In this document: piece by piece, positions 1 through 8,039 of the stretch
How positions within the stretch are numbered: position 1 is the stretch's first letter
How the letters are laid out: each line of letters starts with the position of its first letter
DNA from: Candidatus Babelota bacterium
GTDB lineage: Bacteria > Babelota > Babeliae > Babelales > JACPOV01
Direction: 5' to 3'
DNA length: 64,000 bases
Assembly: GCA_022707425.1 (NCBI GenBank)
Contig: JAKJAQ010000008.1
Coordinates: forward strand, 2,498-66,497
Position numbers and translations under genes: made by a program
The notes under the pieces: model-generated
Databases searched by the model: none
What the model was told of the DNA's origin: nothing
Seen by the model: only the letters and a program-made list of their open reading frames with translations

Positions 1-232
1 CTAAACGATTTGGTAATTTCTCAAGATCGGTTACCATTCCCTTTTTTTCAAATAGCGCCATCAATTCCAGAAAATAACGCTCAAGTTGAATGGGAACAAA
101 AAACTCAAAGAGGCTGCTTTGTTTATCAACAGTTCGCTCAAAAACTAAATGTTCATAACTTCGCAAAATTCCAACGATGAACCAAACCTGACTGCGCTCT
201 AATTTAGCTTGATAATATAAACAGACAGACAT
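1..232 (-). CDS. hypothetical protein, partial (runs off window start)
   Basis: Open frame from ATG (232-230) to the window edge: MSVCLYYQAKLERSQVWFIVGILRSYEHLVFERTVDKQSSLFEFFVPIQLERYFLELMALFEKKGMVTDLEKLPNRL. Absent from the ORF track because there is no stop in the window. No family recognised with confidence. Confidence 0.35.
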   Translation of the reverse strand, partial: MSVCLYYQAKLERSQVWFIVGILRSYEHLVFERTVDKQSSLFEFFVPIQLERYFLELMALFEKKGMVTDLEKLPNRL

Positions 233-374
233 TTTAATATCCCTATATCAGAAGAACAATTCACTCATCCAAGCATAGCAACACTAGATCATTTTAGCCA
301 ATTTACGAGCTGATTGACGAACTGCATCTAAAGGTGCTATAAAGGAACAAGAAGCTTTGATAGAAAGGATAGTG

Positions 375-1754
375 ATGAAGAAATTTTTCGCACCGGTGCT
401 TTTTTGCTTGATGGCACTCTTGGCATGGCATCACACAGGCTTAAGCATAACCATGCTCACGAAAAATGATCCATACCCACTTTATACAACGGCATATCCT
501 TACTACTACCTTCTTTTTGGGACGATCAATTATTTAAAGGATATCAATGCGTGTCCACATCTTGATCGTTTTAGTTTCACCATTACGCCTTTCCACCAAA
601 AAGCAAATAAGGGTAGGGATTTTGATGGCCAAAAAGCATTTTTGGGAGATCTTGAAGGCACGTGGGACATGCTTGCAATGCTGTATGGGCCAGTTCCTGC
701 TGGCAATACCTTAGCGGGCACAGAACTTGGCAGAGCCAAAACAATTATTTTTGGCATAGGCCCAGATGATCTGGTACCCAACGACCAAATTCTGACCGAT
801 ACCAGCGGTAACGTTGGCTTTTTCTCAGTTCCACTCAAATATCGCAAATCAGGTGTTCGCTTTGAAATTTCAGTTCAACCGATTGAAGATTTTGGCGCAA
901 CCCTTCAATTTGGTTTTGCAGACATTAAACAAACACTCACCAATTTCATCGATCTAACGCAAACCGTAAGTTTACCCGATACCGTTTTTCCACCGCTTGT
1001 GGTACAGCAGGTAGAACAACTATTAATGAGTTCAACAGAAGCACAGCTTACCTTCAGTCAAATCGGTCTTGAAACATGCGATTTTGAATCTGATTCAATT
1101 GAAGATTTACGCTTCTGGATTTGGTGGCGACATGTTTATGAAATTAATCATTGCAATTCTTATTGGCCGCGCGTGTTTGTTATTCCATTCGTTCAAATCG
1201 AAGGAACCGCGCCGATAGCTAAGGTGCAAGATCGAACCAAAGCCTTTGCGTTACCATTTGGTAATGATGGCCATGCTTCGGTTGGCTTTACTACCGGTTT
1301 TCATCTGGATTTTAAAGATACAATTGAGTTTGGATTTTTTGGTGGTTATACCTACTTTTTTCCTCGCACCATAAATAGGTTTAGAGTTCCTAATAGTTTC
1401 ATACAAAGTGGTGTATTCCCCTTTTCAACAACCGTTCGGCGAACTCCTGGTCACAATAGTATTTTTGGGGTTCTATTCCATGCCTACAGATTTATAGACC
1501 GTGTTTCATTTTACGCCGAATATGATTGCATTCATCATACAGAAGATAAGATAGAATTGGTTAATCCCGATCCAGCATTCATCCCACGGCAAGTTGAGTG
1601 TTTATCAAAATGGCGTGTCCAAGTGCTCAATACTGCGCTCAATTATGAAGCAACGCCAAATATTACCCTTGGTTTGGCTGCACAATGGCCTATTACTCAG
1701 CGCAATGCTTACCGAAGCACAACCTTTGCAGGATCTATCATCGCCACTTTCTAA
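375..1754 (+). CDS. putative outer-membrane beta-barrel protein (porin-like)
   Basis: ATG at 375 preceded by AAAGGA. N-terminal signal-like MKKFFAPVLFCLMALLAW. C-terminus ...GSIIATF ends in Phe, as typical for OMPs. Alternating aromatic/hydrophilic pattern. Shares an LPFG-DG motif with the ORF at 48981-50222. Confidence 0.6.
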   Translation: MKKFFAPVLFCLMALLAWHHTGLSITMLTKNDPYPLYTTAYPYYYLLFGTINYLKDINACPHLDRFSFTITPFHQKANKGRDFDGQKAFLGDLEGTWDMLAMLYGPVPAGNTLAGTELGRAKTIIFGIGPDDLVPNDQILTDTSGNVGFFSVPLKYRKSGVRFEISVQPIEDFGATLQFGFADIKQTLTNFIDLTQTVSLPDTVFPPLVVQQVEQLLMSSTEAQLTFSQIGLETCDFESDSIEDLRFWIWWRHVYEINHCNSYWPRVFVIPFVQIEGTAPIAKVQDRTKAFALPFGNDGHASVGFTTGFHLDFKDTIEFGFFGGYTYFFPRTINRFRVPNSFIQSGVFPFSTTVRRTPGHNSIFGVLFHAYRFIDRVSFYAEYDCIHHTEDKIELVNPDPAFIPRQVECLSKWRVQVLNTALNYEATPNITLGLAAQWPITQRNAYRSTTFAGSIIATF

Positions 1755-1861
1755 CCATTATTGGCCCTAGACAGCACAAAATAAAAAACCTATAATGATG
1801 CTATGTAATTCATTATTAGCTACACCCCCTAAATGATGACCTGAAAGGATCGTGTTTCTCG

Positions 1862-2074
1862 ATGAGTAAGAGAAAAGCTAACGTAATTATCAATGTTAAT
1901 GCAAATGTAGAAAAAGCGCTTAAACAATTGAAAAAAAAGATTGAGCGTGAAGGTATCGTAAGAGATATGAAACGAGTGGTGTATTTTGAATCACCAACAC
2001 AAAAAAAACGTAAACGTCTCATGCGTGCTGTCAAACAAAACTACATTCGCATGGCTTCACAAAAATTGATCTAA
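1862..2074 (+). CDS. rpsU: 30S ribosomal protein S21
   Basis: 70 aa, very basic. The pattern ...VEKALKQLKKKIEREGIVRDMKRVVYFESPTQKKRKR... matches the S21 family layout. Confidence 0.9.
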   Translation: MSKRKANVIINVNANVEKALKQLKKKIEREGIVRDMKRVVYFESPTQKKRKRLMRAVKQNYIRMASQKLI

Positions 2075-2087
2075 CTTAATTATATCC

Positions 2088-2465
2088 ATGACCATATTTG
2101 AATCAAAACGAGTAAGAGATATAAAAAAAGCACAAAAAGAGAAGCTCCTTTTCCGTGAGCTCTCTCAGCTTTTTTTGCAAGCAACTATAGATGATTCACG
2201 ATTGCGCGATGTTTATGTAAACCGCGTAGCGTTATCAGCTGATAAAAGTATTTGCTTTATTTATTTCTATTCTCCGCAAGGTCCTGCTTTTTTTGAAGAA
2301 AAGCTCGATATTTTAAAACTATACAAACCTTCGTTGCGCAAAGCAATTGCTGAAAAAATCGATGCACGCTACACTCCTGACCTTGTTTTTAAATATGATG
2401 AACAGTATGAAAAAATAGAAAAAATGGAAAATCTGTTTGAACAAATTAAAAAATCAGACAAATGA
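2088..2465 (+). CDS. rbfA: ribosome-binding factor A
   Basis: 125 aa. RbfA-like pattern: KRVRDIKK...LLFRELSQLF...DSRLRDVYVNRVALSADKSICFIYF...LRKAIAEKIDARYTPDLVFKYD. Confidence 0.85.
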   Translation: MTIFESKRVRDIKKAQKEKLLFRELSQLFLQATIDDSRLRDVYVNRVALSADKSICFIYFYSPQGPAFFEEKLDILKLYKPSLRKAIAEKIDARYTPDLVFKYDEQYEKIEKMENLFEQIKKSDK

Positions 2466-3229
2466 TATTTTTAAATCCAATCATTCTGATTCCATTGCTT
2501 TTATGCTGGGGCTCATTTTTAAATGTAGTTGCTTATCGATTGATTCATGACGGTTCAATTTTTTTTGGTCGTTCTCAATGCATTCATTGTCATCATCAAC
2601 TTGCCTGGTATCACTTAATACCTGTTCTTTCATATATTTTTTTGCAAAAAAAATGCGCTTTCTGCAAAAAAACAATATCGTGGCTTTATCCGTTCATTGA
2701 GCTATTCACCGCCTTGTGCCTTTATTTGATGTTCACGAATGTGCCCGCTCAATTTTGGTTTGGCTATTTTATTTTCTTCTCTGCTTTGATGGTAACCATT
2801 AGAACCGATCTTGAAACATTCATGATTTCTCGATTTGCTACTTTATTTTTATTACCCATTGCTTTTATTCTTTCATATTTGGAATACATCCCATTGAATC
2901 TTGAGCAAGTTATTTTAGGCTGCATAACTGGCTATTTTTTTTTATTAGCAATCTCATCACTCTATTATTGGTTGACCGGACGAGTTGGGATGGGCCAAGG
3001 GGATATTGAACTGCTTTCATTAATAGGTGCATTTTGTGGCATAGAAGGATGGTGGATAACTATTGTTATTGCTTCATCTCTCGGTTCATTATCAGGCATT
3101 ATTTTTTTATTTTGTTCCGGAAAAAAAACAACAAAAATACAAATTCCTTTTGGTCCATTTTTGGCATTCGGTGCCATGAGCTATGTTCTCTGGCAAACAC
3201 CATTAAAATCGTTGTTATTAGCTCTCTAA
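2462..3229 (+). CDS. pilD: prepilin peptidase (A24 family, type IV leader peptidase/N-methyltransferase-like)
   Basis: ATGA overlap with rbfA. N-terminal Cys motif CIHCHHQL...CAFCKK. Multi-pass membrane protein with GQGDIELLSLIG (the GxGDxKL-type aspartyl motif) and PFGPFLAFG near the C-terminus. Confidence 0.85.
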   Translation: MIFLNPIILIPLLLCWGSFLNVVAYRLIHDGSIFFGRSQCIHCHHQLAWYHLIPVLSYIFLQKKCAFCKKTISWLYPFIELFTALCLYLMFTNVPAQFWFGYFIFFSALMVTIRTDLETFMISRFATLFLLPIAFILSYLEYIPLNLEQVILGCITGYFFLLAISSLYYWLTGRVGMGQGDIELLSLIGAFCGIEGWWITIVIASSLGSLSGIIFLFCSGKKTTKIQIPFGPFLAFGAMSYVLWQTPLKSLLLAL

Positions 3230-3796
3230 AGATCGTGTTAAATAATCAGGTTGCTCTGGTAAATCGTAGCACAGCAACGAGCACGACAATTTTTTTTTGT
3301 TTTTCAATTTTTTCTTCCATGTTAAAACGTGCTGATTATCGTTAAGTAATGAATACGCATGTATTAAGTAGCCATACATTCGCCAATCAGCTGCATTAAC
3401 TGGTGAAGAAAAACTTTTCTCAATCAACGAAATTGTCAGTGTAGGATTATGCTGATTAAAAAGCAGATGAACTGCTCCTAAACGATAAGCACTCGTGAAA
3501 TGCGGGTCAAGTTGAGAAATCCAGTTAATCCACGAAATAACATTTTCTACGTTTGCCTTATCAATATTTTGCTGCAAAAAATAAAACCAATGCCAATCGG
3601 CTACCATCATTTTCCATGAACCAAAACATTCAGCATTATACGTTGGACACCGAGCAAAACCTACTTCATTTTCTGGTAACTGTTTCCTAATTAAAAAGAG
3701 TGTTATGGCACACAATACACAATACTGCAATACAACAATCAAACCCGTGATAACTAATTCTTTAAGCCAGATCGTCATTCGTAATTTGAATTTCAT
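3218..3796 (-). CDS. hypothetical membrane-anchored protein, helical-repeat (TPR-like) ectodomain
   Basis: One N-terminal TM (LVITGLIVVLQYCVLCAITLFLI) followed by a helical Trp/Tyr-rich region. Overlaps the 3' end of the pilin gene on the same strand, suggesting co-transcription. No family recognised. Confidence 0.5.
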   Translation of the reverse strand: MKFKLRMTIWLKELVITGLIVVLQYCVLCAITLFLIRKQLPENEVGFARCPTYNAECFGSWKMMVADWHWFYFLQQNIDKANVENVISWINWISQLDPHFTSAYRLGAVHLLFNQHNPTLTISLIEKSFSSPVNAADWRMYGYLIHAYSLLNDNQHVLTWKKKLKNKKKLSCSLLCYDLPEQPDYLTRSLES

Positions 3797-4247
3797 GATG
3801 TTGATTCACAGTTAATCGATCAAGAATACCGTCTCCATCAATATCACCGGCTGCGGCAGCAACAAAGGTAGTCGCATCGGCCTTAGTGTTTCCTAATTCG
3901 CTTGAGCCAGCACCTAACTTGCCAGTAAAACAGCATTGCCCTTCTTGTCCACTAAAGCCATATGTATAATAGAAGCGTTCACTAGAACCACCACCAGCAT
4001 ATCCTTCAGGTTGCCATCCGGCACCATCTTTGCCAGTAAGCATAGTAGTATATTTGCCGTGCTCTGCCCAGTATGCTTTTTCAGCTAAATAGAGGCTACC
4101 TAAATTCATGTACGCTTCAGTTCGTTTTGCCTTTGCTAAAAATCGAAAAAAACTCGGCATTGAAACCATAGATAGGAATGCAACAATTGCAACAACAATC
4201 ATTAATTCAATGAGGGTAAATCCCCCATTACGAGTAACCCACTTCAT
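3762..4247 (-). CDS. type IV pilin / pseudopilin with class III signal peptide
   Basis: N-terminus MKWVTRNGGFTLIELMIVVAIVAFL is the canonical G|FTLIE prepilin cleavage/methylation motif plus hydrophobic helix. The C-terminal region contains GDIDGDGILD. Confidence 0.9.
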   Translation of the reverse strand: MKWVTRNGGFTLIELMIVVAIVAFLSMVSMPSFFRFLAKAKRTEAYMNLGSLYLAEKAYWAEHGKYTTMLTGKDGAGWQPEGYAGGGSSERFYYTYGFSGQEGQCCFTGKLGAGSSELGNTKADATTFVAAAAGDIDGDGILDRLTVNQHHEIQITNDDLA

Positions 4248-4625
4248 ATAATTTTCCTCTCCCCCAAGCCCCTTAGTCTTAATGCTATCATACTGGAATT
4301 AGGCACAATCAAGTCAATAATCCATATTAAAAACTCTTAAAGCTAAAAACCACCAATTAAATTCAGGTGTAATAATACAATTTTAATATTATTGATGAGT
4401 TACTATAAAGAGTGCCAAAACAAAGTTTTTTAATCTTTTGTAAATAAAAAATCTGAATTTAAAGCTTAATTCATTGTTTGACATTTTTCCTGAATATTAT
4501 ATTCTAATATCTATATTAAGTTGGCATAATTTGCTGTTATATATTTTTTCTGGCCAACCAATTCTTTTTTTATATAAAAAAAGGCGATTAAAAAAATTGT
4601 AAACATCCCTGGAGTGGAGAAAAAA

Positions 4626-6047
4626 ATGATCAATCAAAAACAACCAGTTCCTCAAAAAGGCACAATGCCTGGTTCGACGAGAAATTATAATGAAGTGATT
4701 GAGTTTCTCGATAGCCACTGGTCAGCTACACGAACCGAGAAAAATATTGCTGCCGTAAAAGCGCTTGATAAAACTGTGGGGACTCCATCAAAATCGGTTT
4801 CAACCATACTTATTGGCGGTACCAATGGTAAAGGACTTACCATCAATTTTGCAGCTCATTTGCTCAAAGAAGAGGGGTTAAAAGTTGGTGCTTTTTACAG
4901 TCCACACCTTTTGACTTATAACGAGCGAATTTCTCTCAATAACGAAACGATTTCCAATAAAAATTTTACCGAACTTGCAAATGAAGTAATTAATGCTGCT
5001 GTTCTTAACGATATTAAAGCAGATTCTCTTGATATTTTGACTGTCATGGCATTGCTTTATTTTAAACAACAACAAGTTGATGTTGCATTATGTGAATTAA
5101 CACTTGGAAATGGCGTTGATCCTCTTTCAATCTGTTCTGCACAAATAGTTGCAATTACTCGCGTAACACAAAATAGCTCAACTATTGTTGATGAAGAAAT
5201 TCTTAAAAAACAAATTTTAGATCTGATGCTATTTACAAAACCTAACAGCTTTGTAGTTTCAGCAGACCAAAGCAAAGCTCATTTACAATTAATGCTCGAT
5301 GAAACAAAACGAATGGGTGCTCAATGGTCTATGCCAATTCGTAAACTTGCACAATTACGTTATCCATTCGAACAACTTTTTGGTAGATGCGCAGCGCTTG
5401 CTGAACGTATCAGTCAAATTTTTGTAGATAATTTTGCAAATAAAGATGCATTACACATTGAAAATAGCTTGCTTGCAAAACTTAAAGGGCAACGTGGTCG
5501 ACCAACTCTTGAAAAGAAACGTTTCGATGAAATGAATCCTAAAAAAACTATCGAGCAATTCTGGAAAGAAACTGTAACTTCATTGCCAGCTCACTTTGAA
5601 CTTCTCGATAAAGAAAAACCAACAATTTTACTCGATAATGCAAGCAACATAGATGCATTACAGAATCTATTACTTGGCATCCGCCTTCTTCATTATCAAC
5701 GTCCATTAAAAGGACTTACCTTTATCTTTGGCTGCGATAAAAACAAATTGCATGTTGATGAATTTTTACGCTTACTGCGTTATTTTTCAAAAAAGAATTC
5801 TGCCAATGTTATTTTCTGCCCAATTTCTACAACCCTTCCAGGTGTTAAATCTGAGTCATGGGATGTTGATCAAATTGCAATCGATGTGAAAAGTCTCAAA
5901 ATTAAGGCACGTTCTGCTAAGAATTTTGAAGAAGCATTTGATGCTGCAAAAAAATCTGTTGATGAACGCCACGGTTTGGTAGTTATCACTGGATCGCCAT
6001 CAATTGTTGCAGAATATTGGCACCACAAAGGCATTAAGAAAATCTAA
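4626..6047 (+). CDS. folC: folylpolyglutamate synthase / dihydrofolate synthase (Mur ligase family)
   Basis: P-loop ILIGGTNGKGLT, SPHLLTYNERI, and LLDNASNIDAL (DxAHN-like). Track ORF starts at GTG 4614. ATG 4626 lies behind GGAGTGGAG and is the more likely start. Confidence 0.75.
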   Translation: MINQKQPVPQKGTMPGSTRNYNEVIEFLDSHWSATRTEKNIAAVKALDKTVGTPSKSVSTILIGGTNGKGLTINFAAHLLKEEGLKVGAFYSPHLLTYNERISLNNETISNKNFTELANEVINAAVLNDIKADSLDILTVMALLYFKQQQVDVALCELTLGNGVDPLSICSAQIVAITRVTQNSSTIVDEEILKKQILDLMLFTKPNSFVVSADQSKAHLQLMLDETKRMGAQWSMPIRKLAQLRYPFEQLFGRCAALAERISQIFVDNFANKDALHIENSLLAKLKGQRGRPTLEKKRFDEMNPKKTIEQFWKETVTSLPAHFELLDKEKPTILLDNASNIDALQNLLLGIRLLHYQRPLKGLTFIFGCDKNKLHVDEFLRLLRYFSKKNSANVIFCPISTTLPGVKSESWDVDQIAIDVKSLKIKARSAKNFEEAFDAAKKSVDERHGLVVITGSPSIVAEYWHHKGIKKI

Positions 6048-6050
6048 ACC

Positions 6051-6320
6051 ATGAATTTCCTCAACTGCGTTTTACCAATCGCTGTTGGGTGTATAAGTGG
6101 AGCAATCTATGGGCTTTTGTTCTTGCGAACAAAAGCCCTTTTCTTTAACAATCATTCTCTTGCACCGATTATCACCTTTCTACGATTACTTACGTTGTCT
6201 CTTTTTTTTGTTTATGTATTGCGTACCTCGCTTGTTCATTCTATACTCGTATTAATAACCTTTTTTACTGCATTTTGGTTGATCATTTTCAAAAGGGCCA
6301 CGCAGCATGGAAGCTTTTGA
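6051..6320 (+). CDS. small hydrophobic protein, ATP synthase protein I (AtpI/AtpR)-like by position
   Basis: 89 aa with 3 predicted TM helices, immediately upstream of and overlapping atpB. The call rests on position and topology only. Confidence 0.45.
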   Translation: MNFLNCVLPIAVGCISGAIYGLLFLRTKALFFNNHSLAPIITFLRLLTLSLFFVYVLRTSLVHSILVLITFFTAFWLIIFKRATQHGSF

Positions 6321-7047
6321 AGGAGTTAAGTCGTCACTCTGGAACCCATTTGGTTGGTTTGGTATAGATAATAGTCTGCTCAAAATTAACGGTTCAACCA
6401 TCATTAACACATGGATTGTTCTGTTTTTGCTTTCTGCATTTTTACTTTTTTGCCGTCTTCTTTTTTTTAAACAGCCGATAGTTCGCTATCTTGTTACTCA
6501 AGGTGTTACCAATTTTATGGAGATGGTGGTTCATAACATGGGCACATTCATCTATGCACATTTTTTAATGGTTATTTCTCTTTTTTTATTCATTTTAGCT
6601 TGCAATTGGATAATAATTTTACCATGGACAAAAGAACCAACATCAGACATTAATACTACAATTGCACTCGCACTCATAGCATTTTTTTATAAAGAAGTTG
6701 CATCCATCAAAGCTCGCGGTTGGTGGGGATATTTTAAAGAATTTTTAGAACCATTTTTTATTATGTTTCCCGTTAATGTTATTGGCCACTTTTCCAAAAT
6801 AATTTCACTCGCATTTCGTCTTTTTGGTAATATTTTTGGTAGTTCTATCATTATGGATTTGTATACTCACGTTATTTCTATGGTGTGGGTTGCTGAGTTG
6901 GTTGGACTATTTTCAGGACTCAATTTTCTTATTGTTATTTTCTTTGGTCTTTTTGAAGGACTTATTCAAGCATTTGTATTTGCTATGCTCACGCTAACCT
7001 ATATTAGTCTTGCAATACAAAAAGATGTTCATGGTGAAGGAATTTAA
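6307..7047 (+). CDS. atpB: F-type ATP synthase subunit a
   Basis: Multi-pass membrane protein with the subunit-a signature ISLAFRLFGNIFGSSIIM (essential Arg in RLFGN) and the C-terminal helix GLIQAFVFAMLTLTYISLA. Confidence 0.9.
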   Translation: MEAFEGVKSSLWNPFGWFGIDNSLLKINGSTIINTWIVLFLLSAFLLFCRLLFFKQPIVRYLVTQGVTNFMEMVVHNMGTFIYAHFLMVISLFLFILACNWIIILPWTKEPTSDINTTIALALIAFFYKEVASIKARGWWGYFKEFLEPFFIMFPVNVIGHFSKIISLAFRLFGNIFGSSIIMDLYTHVISMVWVAELVGLFSGLNFLIVIFFGLFEGLIQAFVFAMLTLTYISLAIQKDVHGEGI

Positions 7048-7048
7048 C

Positions 7049-7996
7049 ATGATCGACCCAGCACTTCTGCATTATATGAGTATCGCAATCGTTATTGTAC
7101 TCACAACAGTTGGTGCAACAGTTGGCAGTATACGTGCAAGTAAATCTGCTCTTGATGCAATTAATATTGCCCCCGCAGCAAAAAATGAAATAACGCGCGC
7201 TTCCGTAATTGGTCTTGCATTAATTGAAACGGCTCCGATACTTGGTCTTATTTTAATTTTGATGCTTTTGCTCGTTCGCTCCACAACACCAACGCTTCCC
7301 GTTGCCTTAGCAGAATTGGGTATTGCTCTTGGCATGGGCATTACCGGATTTATAGGTGGCATCGTTTCTGCCTATCCAACCCAAGAAACGTGCTTTGCAA
7401 TAGCTCGTCAACCTTTTTTTAGTCAAAATTTGTTAAATTTAATGGTAATCACACAAACAATCATTCAAACACCACTTATTTTTGTGTTTCTTGTTTCTCT
7501 TTTTATTTTTTTTCAATTGAATCTTCTTGTTTCGATTAAAGCTGGACTCATATTGATGGCATCAGGGTTGTGTATGGGAATTGGATCAGTTGGTCCGTCA
7601 ATTGGTCTTGGTAGATTCGCTCGTACTGCATGCAAAAGTGTCGGCATAAATCGCAAAGCATACAGCTACATTCTTCCTTTCACACTCATGAGCGGCGCAT
7701 TTATCGAAACACCACTCATTTTTGCATTTCTTGTTTCTCTTATCTTACTTGGCAATATTTTAAATACCGATCCATTAATAGGAATTCGATCAATTTGCGC
7801 TGCATTATGCATTGGTTTTGGTACATTTGCACCTGGTATCAATTCAAGTAAAACTGCAAGTTCTGCATGCCAGCAAATGGCATTAAATCCATCCGCTTAT
7901 TCTTCATTATCGCAAATAAGTATGTTTAGTCAGGGAATTATTGATGCTGCAGCAATTTATGCATTGCTCACTGCATTGTTTATTGTGTTGCTCAAA
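7049..7996 (+). repeat. four tandem c-subunit hairpin modules (7049-7282, 7283-7528, 7529-7768, 7769-7996)
   Basis: Protein-level internal repeat. Modules 2 and 3 share QTPLIFVFLVSL / ETPLIFAFLVSL. The modules are diverged at DNA level, so this is not a recent duplication or an assembly artefact of identical repeats. Confidence 0.8.
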
Positions 7997-7999
7997 TAA
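7049..7999 (+). CDS. atpE: ATP synthase subunit c, four fused hairpins (8 TM) in one polypeptide
   Basis: ATG 7049 is 1 nt after the atpB stop, behind GGTGAAGGA. Four consecutive c-like helical hairpins, each with a Gly-rich helix 1 and a polar loop (IAPAAKNE / IARQPFFSQ / INRKAYS / LNPSAYS). The helix-2 key residues are E (7226-7228), Q (7466-7468), E (7706-7708) and D (7943-7945). There is no stop codon between the modules. Confidence 0.85.
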   Translation: MIDPALLHYMSIAIVIVLTTVGATVGSIRASKSALDAINIAPAAKNEITRASVIGLALIETAPILGLILILMLLLVRSTTPTLPVALAELGIALGMGITGFIGGIVSAYPTQETCFAIARQPFFSQNLLNLMVITQTIIQTPLIFVFLVSLFIFFQLNLLVSIKAGLILMASGLCMGIGSVGPSIGLGRFARTACKSVGINRKAYSYILPFTLMSGAFIETPLIFAFLVSLILLGNILNTDPLIGIRSICAALCIGFGTFAPGINSSKTASSACQQMALNPSAYSSLSQISMFSQGIIDAAAIYALLTALFIVLLK

Positions 8000-8039
8000 T
8001 TTAGGAGAGTAAAAAACCAGACACACTCGATACGAAAGA

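Noticed and set aside
4248-4625. Long AT-rich intergenic region upstream of folC, examined for a THF riboswitch or other leader RNA
   Set aside because: I could not identify conserved riboswitch cores or convincing nested helices. The region is most simply a divergent promoter region between the pilin gene and folC.
7630-7851. Numerous 60-120 aa track ORFs nested in or antisense to long genes (e.g. 530-847, 7072-7362, 7630-7851, 15618-15857, 48419-48922, 54620-55213, 58435-58779)
   Set aside because: Each is fully contained within a longer ORF that has clear family motifs. They have biased, low-complexity translations typical of off-frame reading of AT-rich coding DNA.
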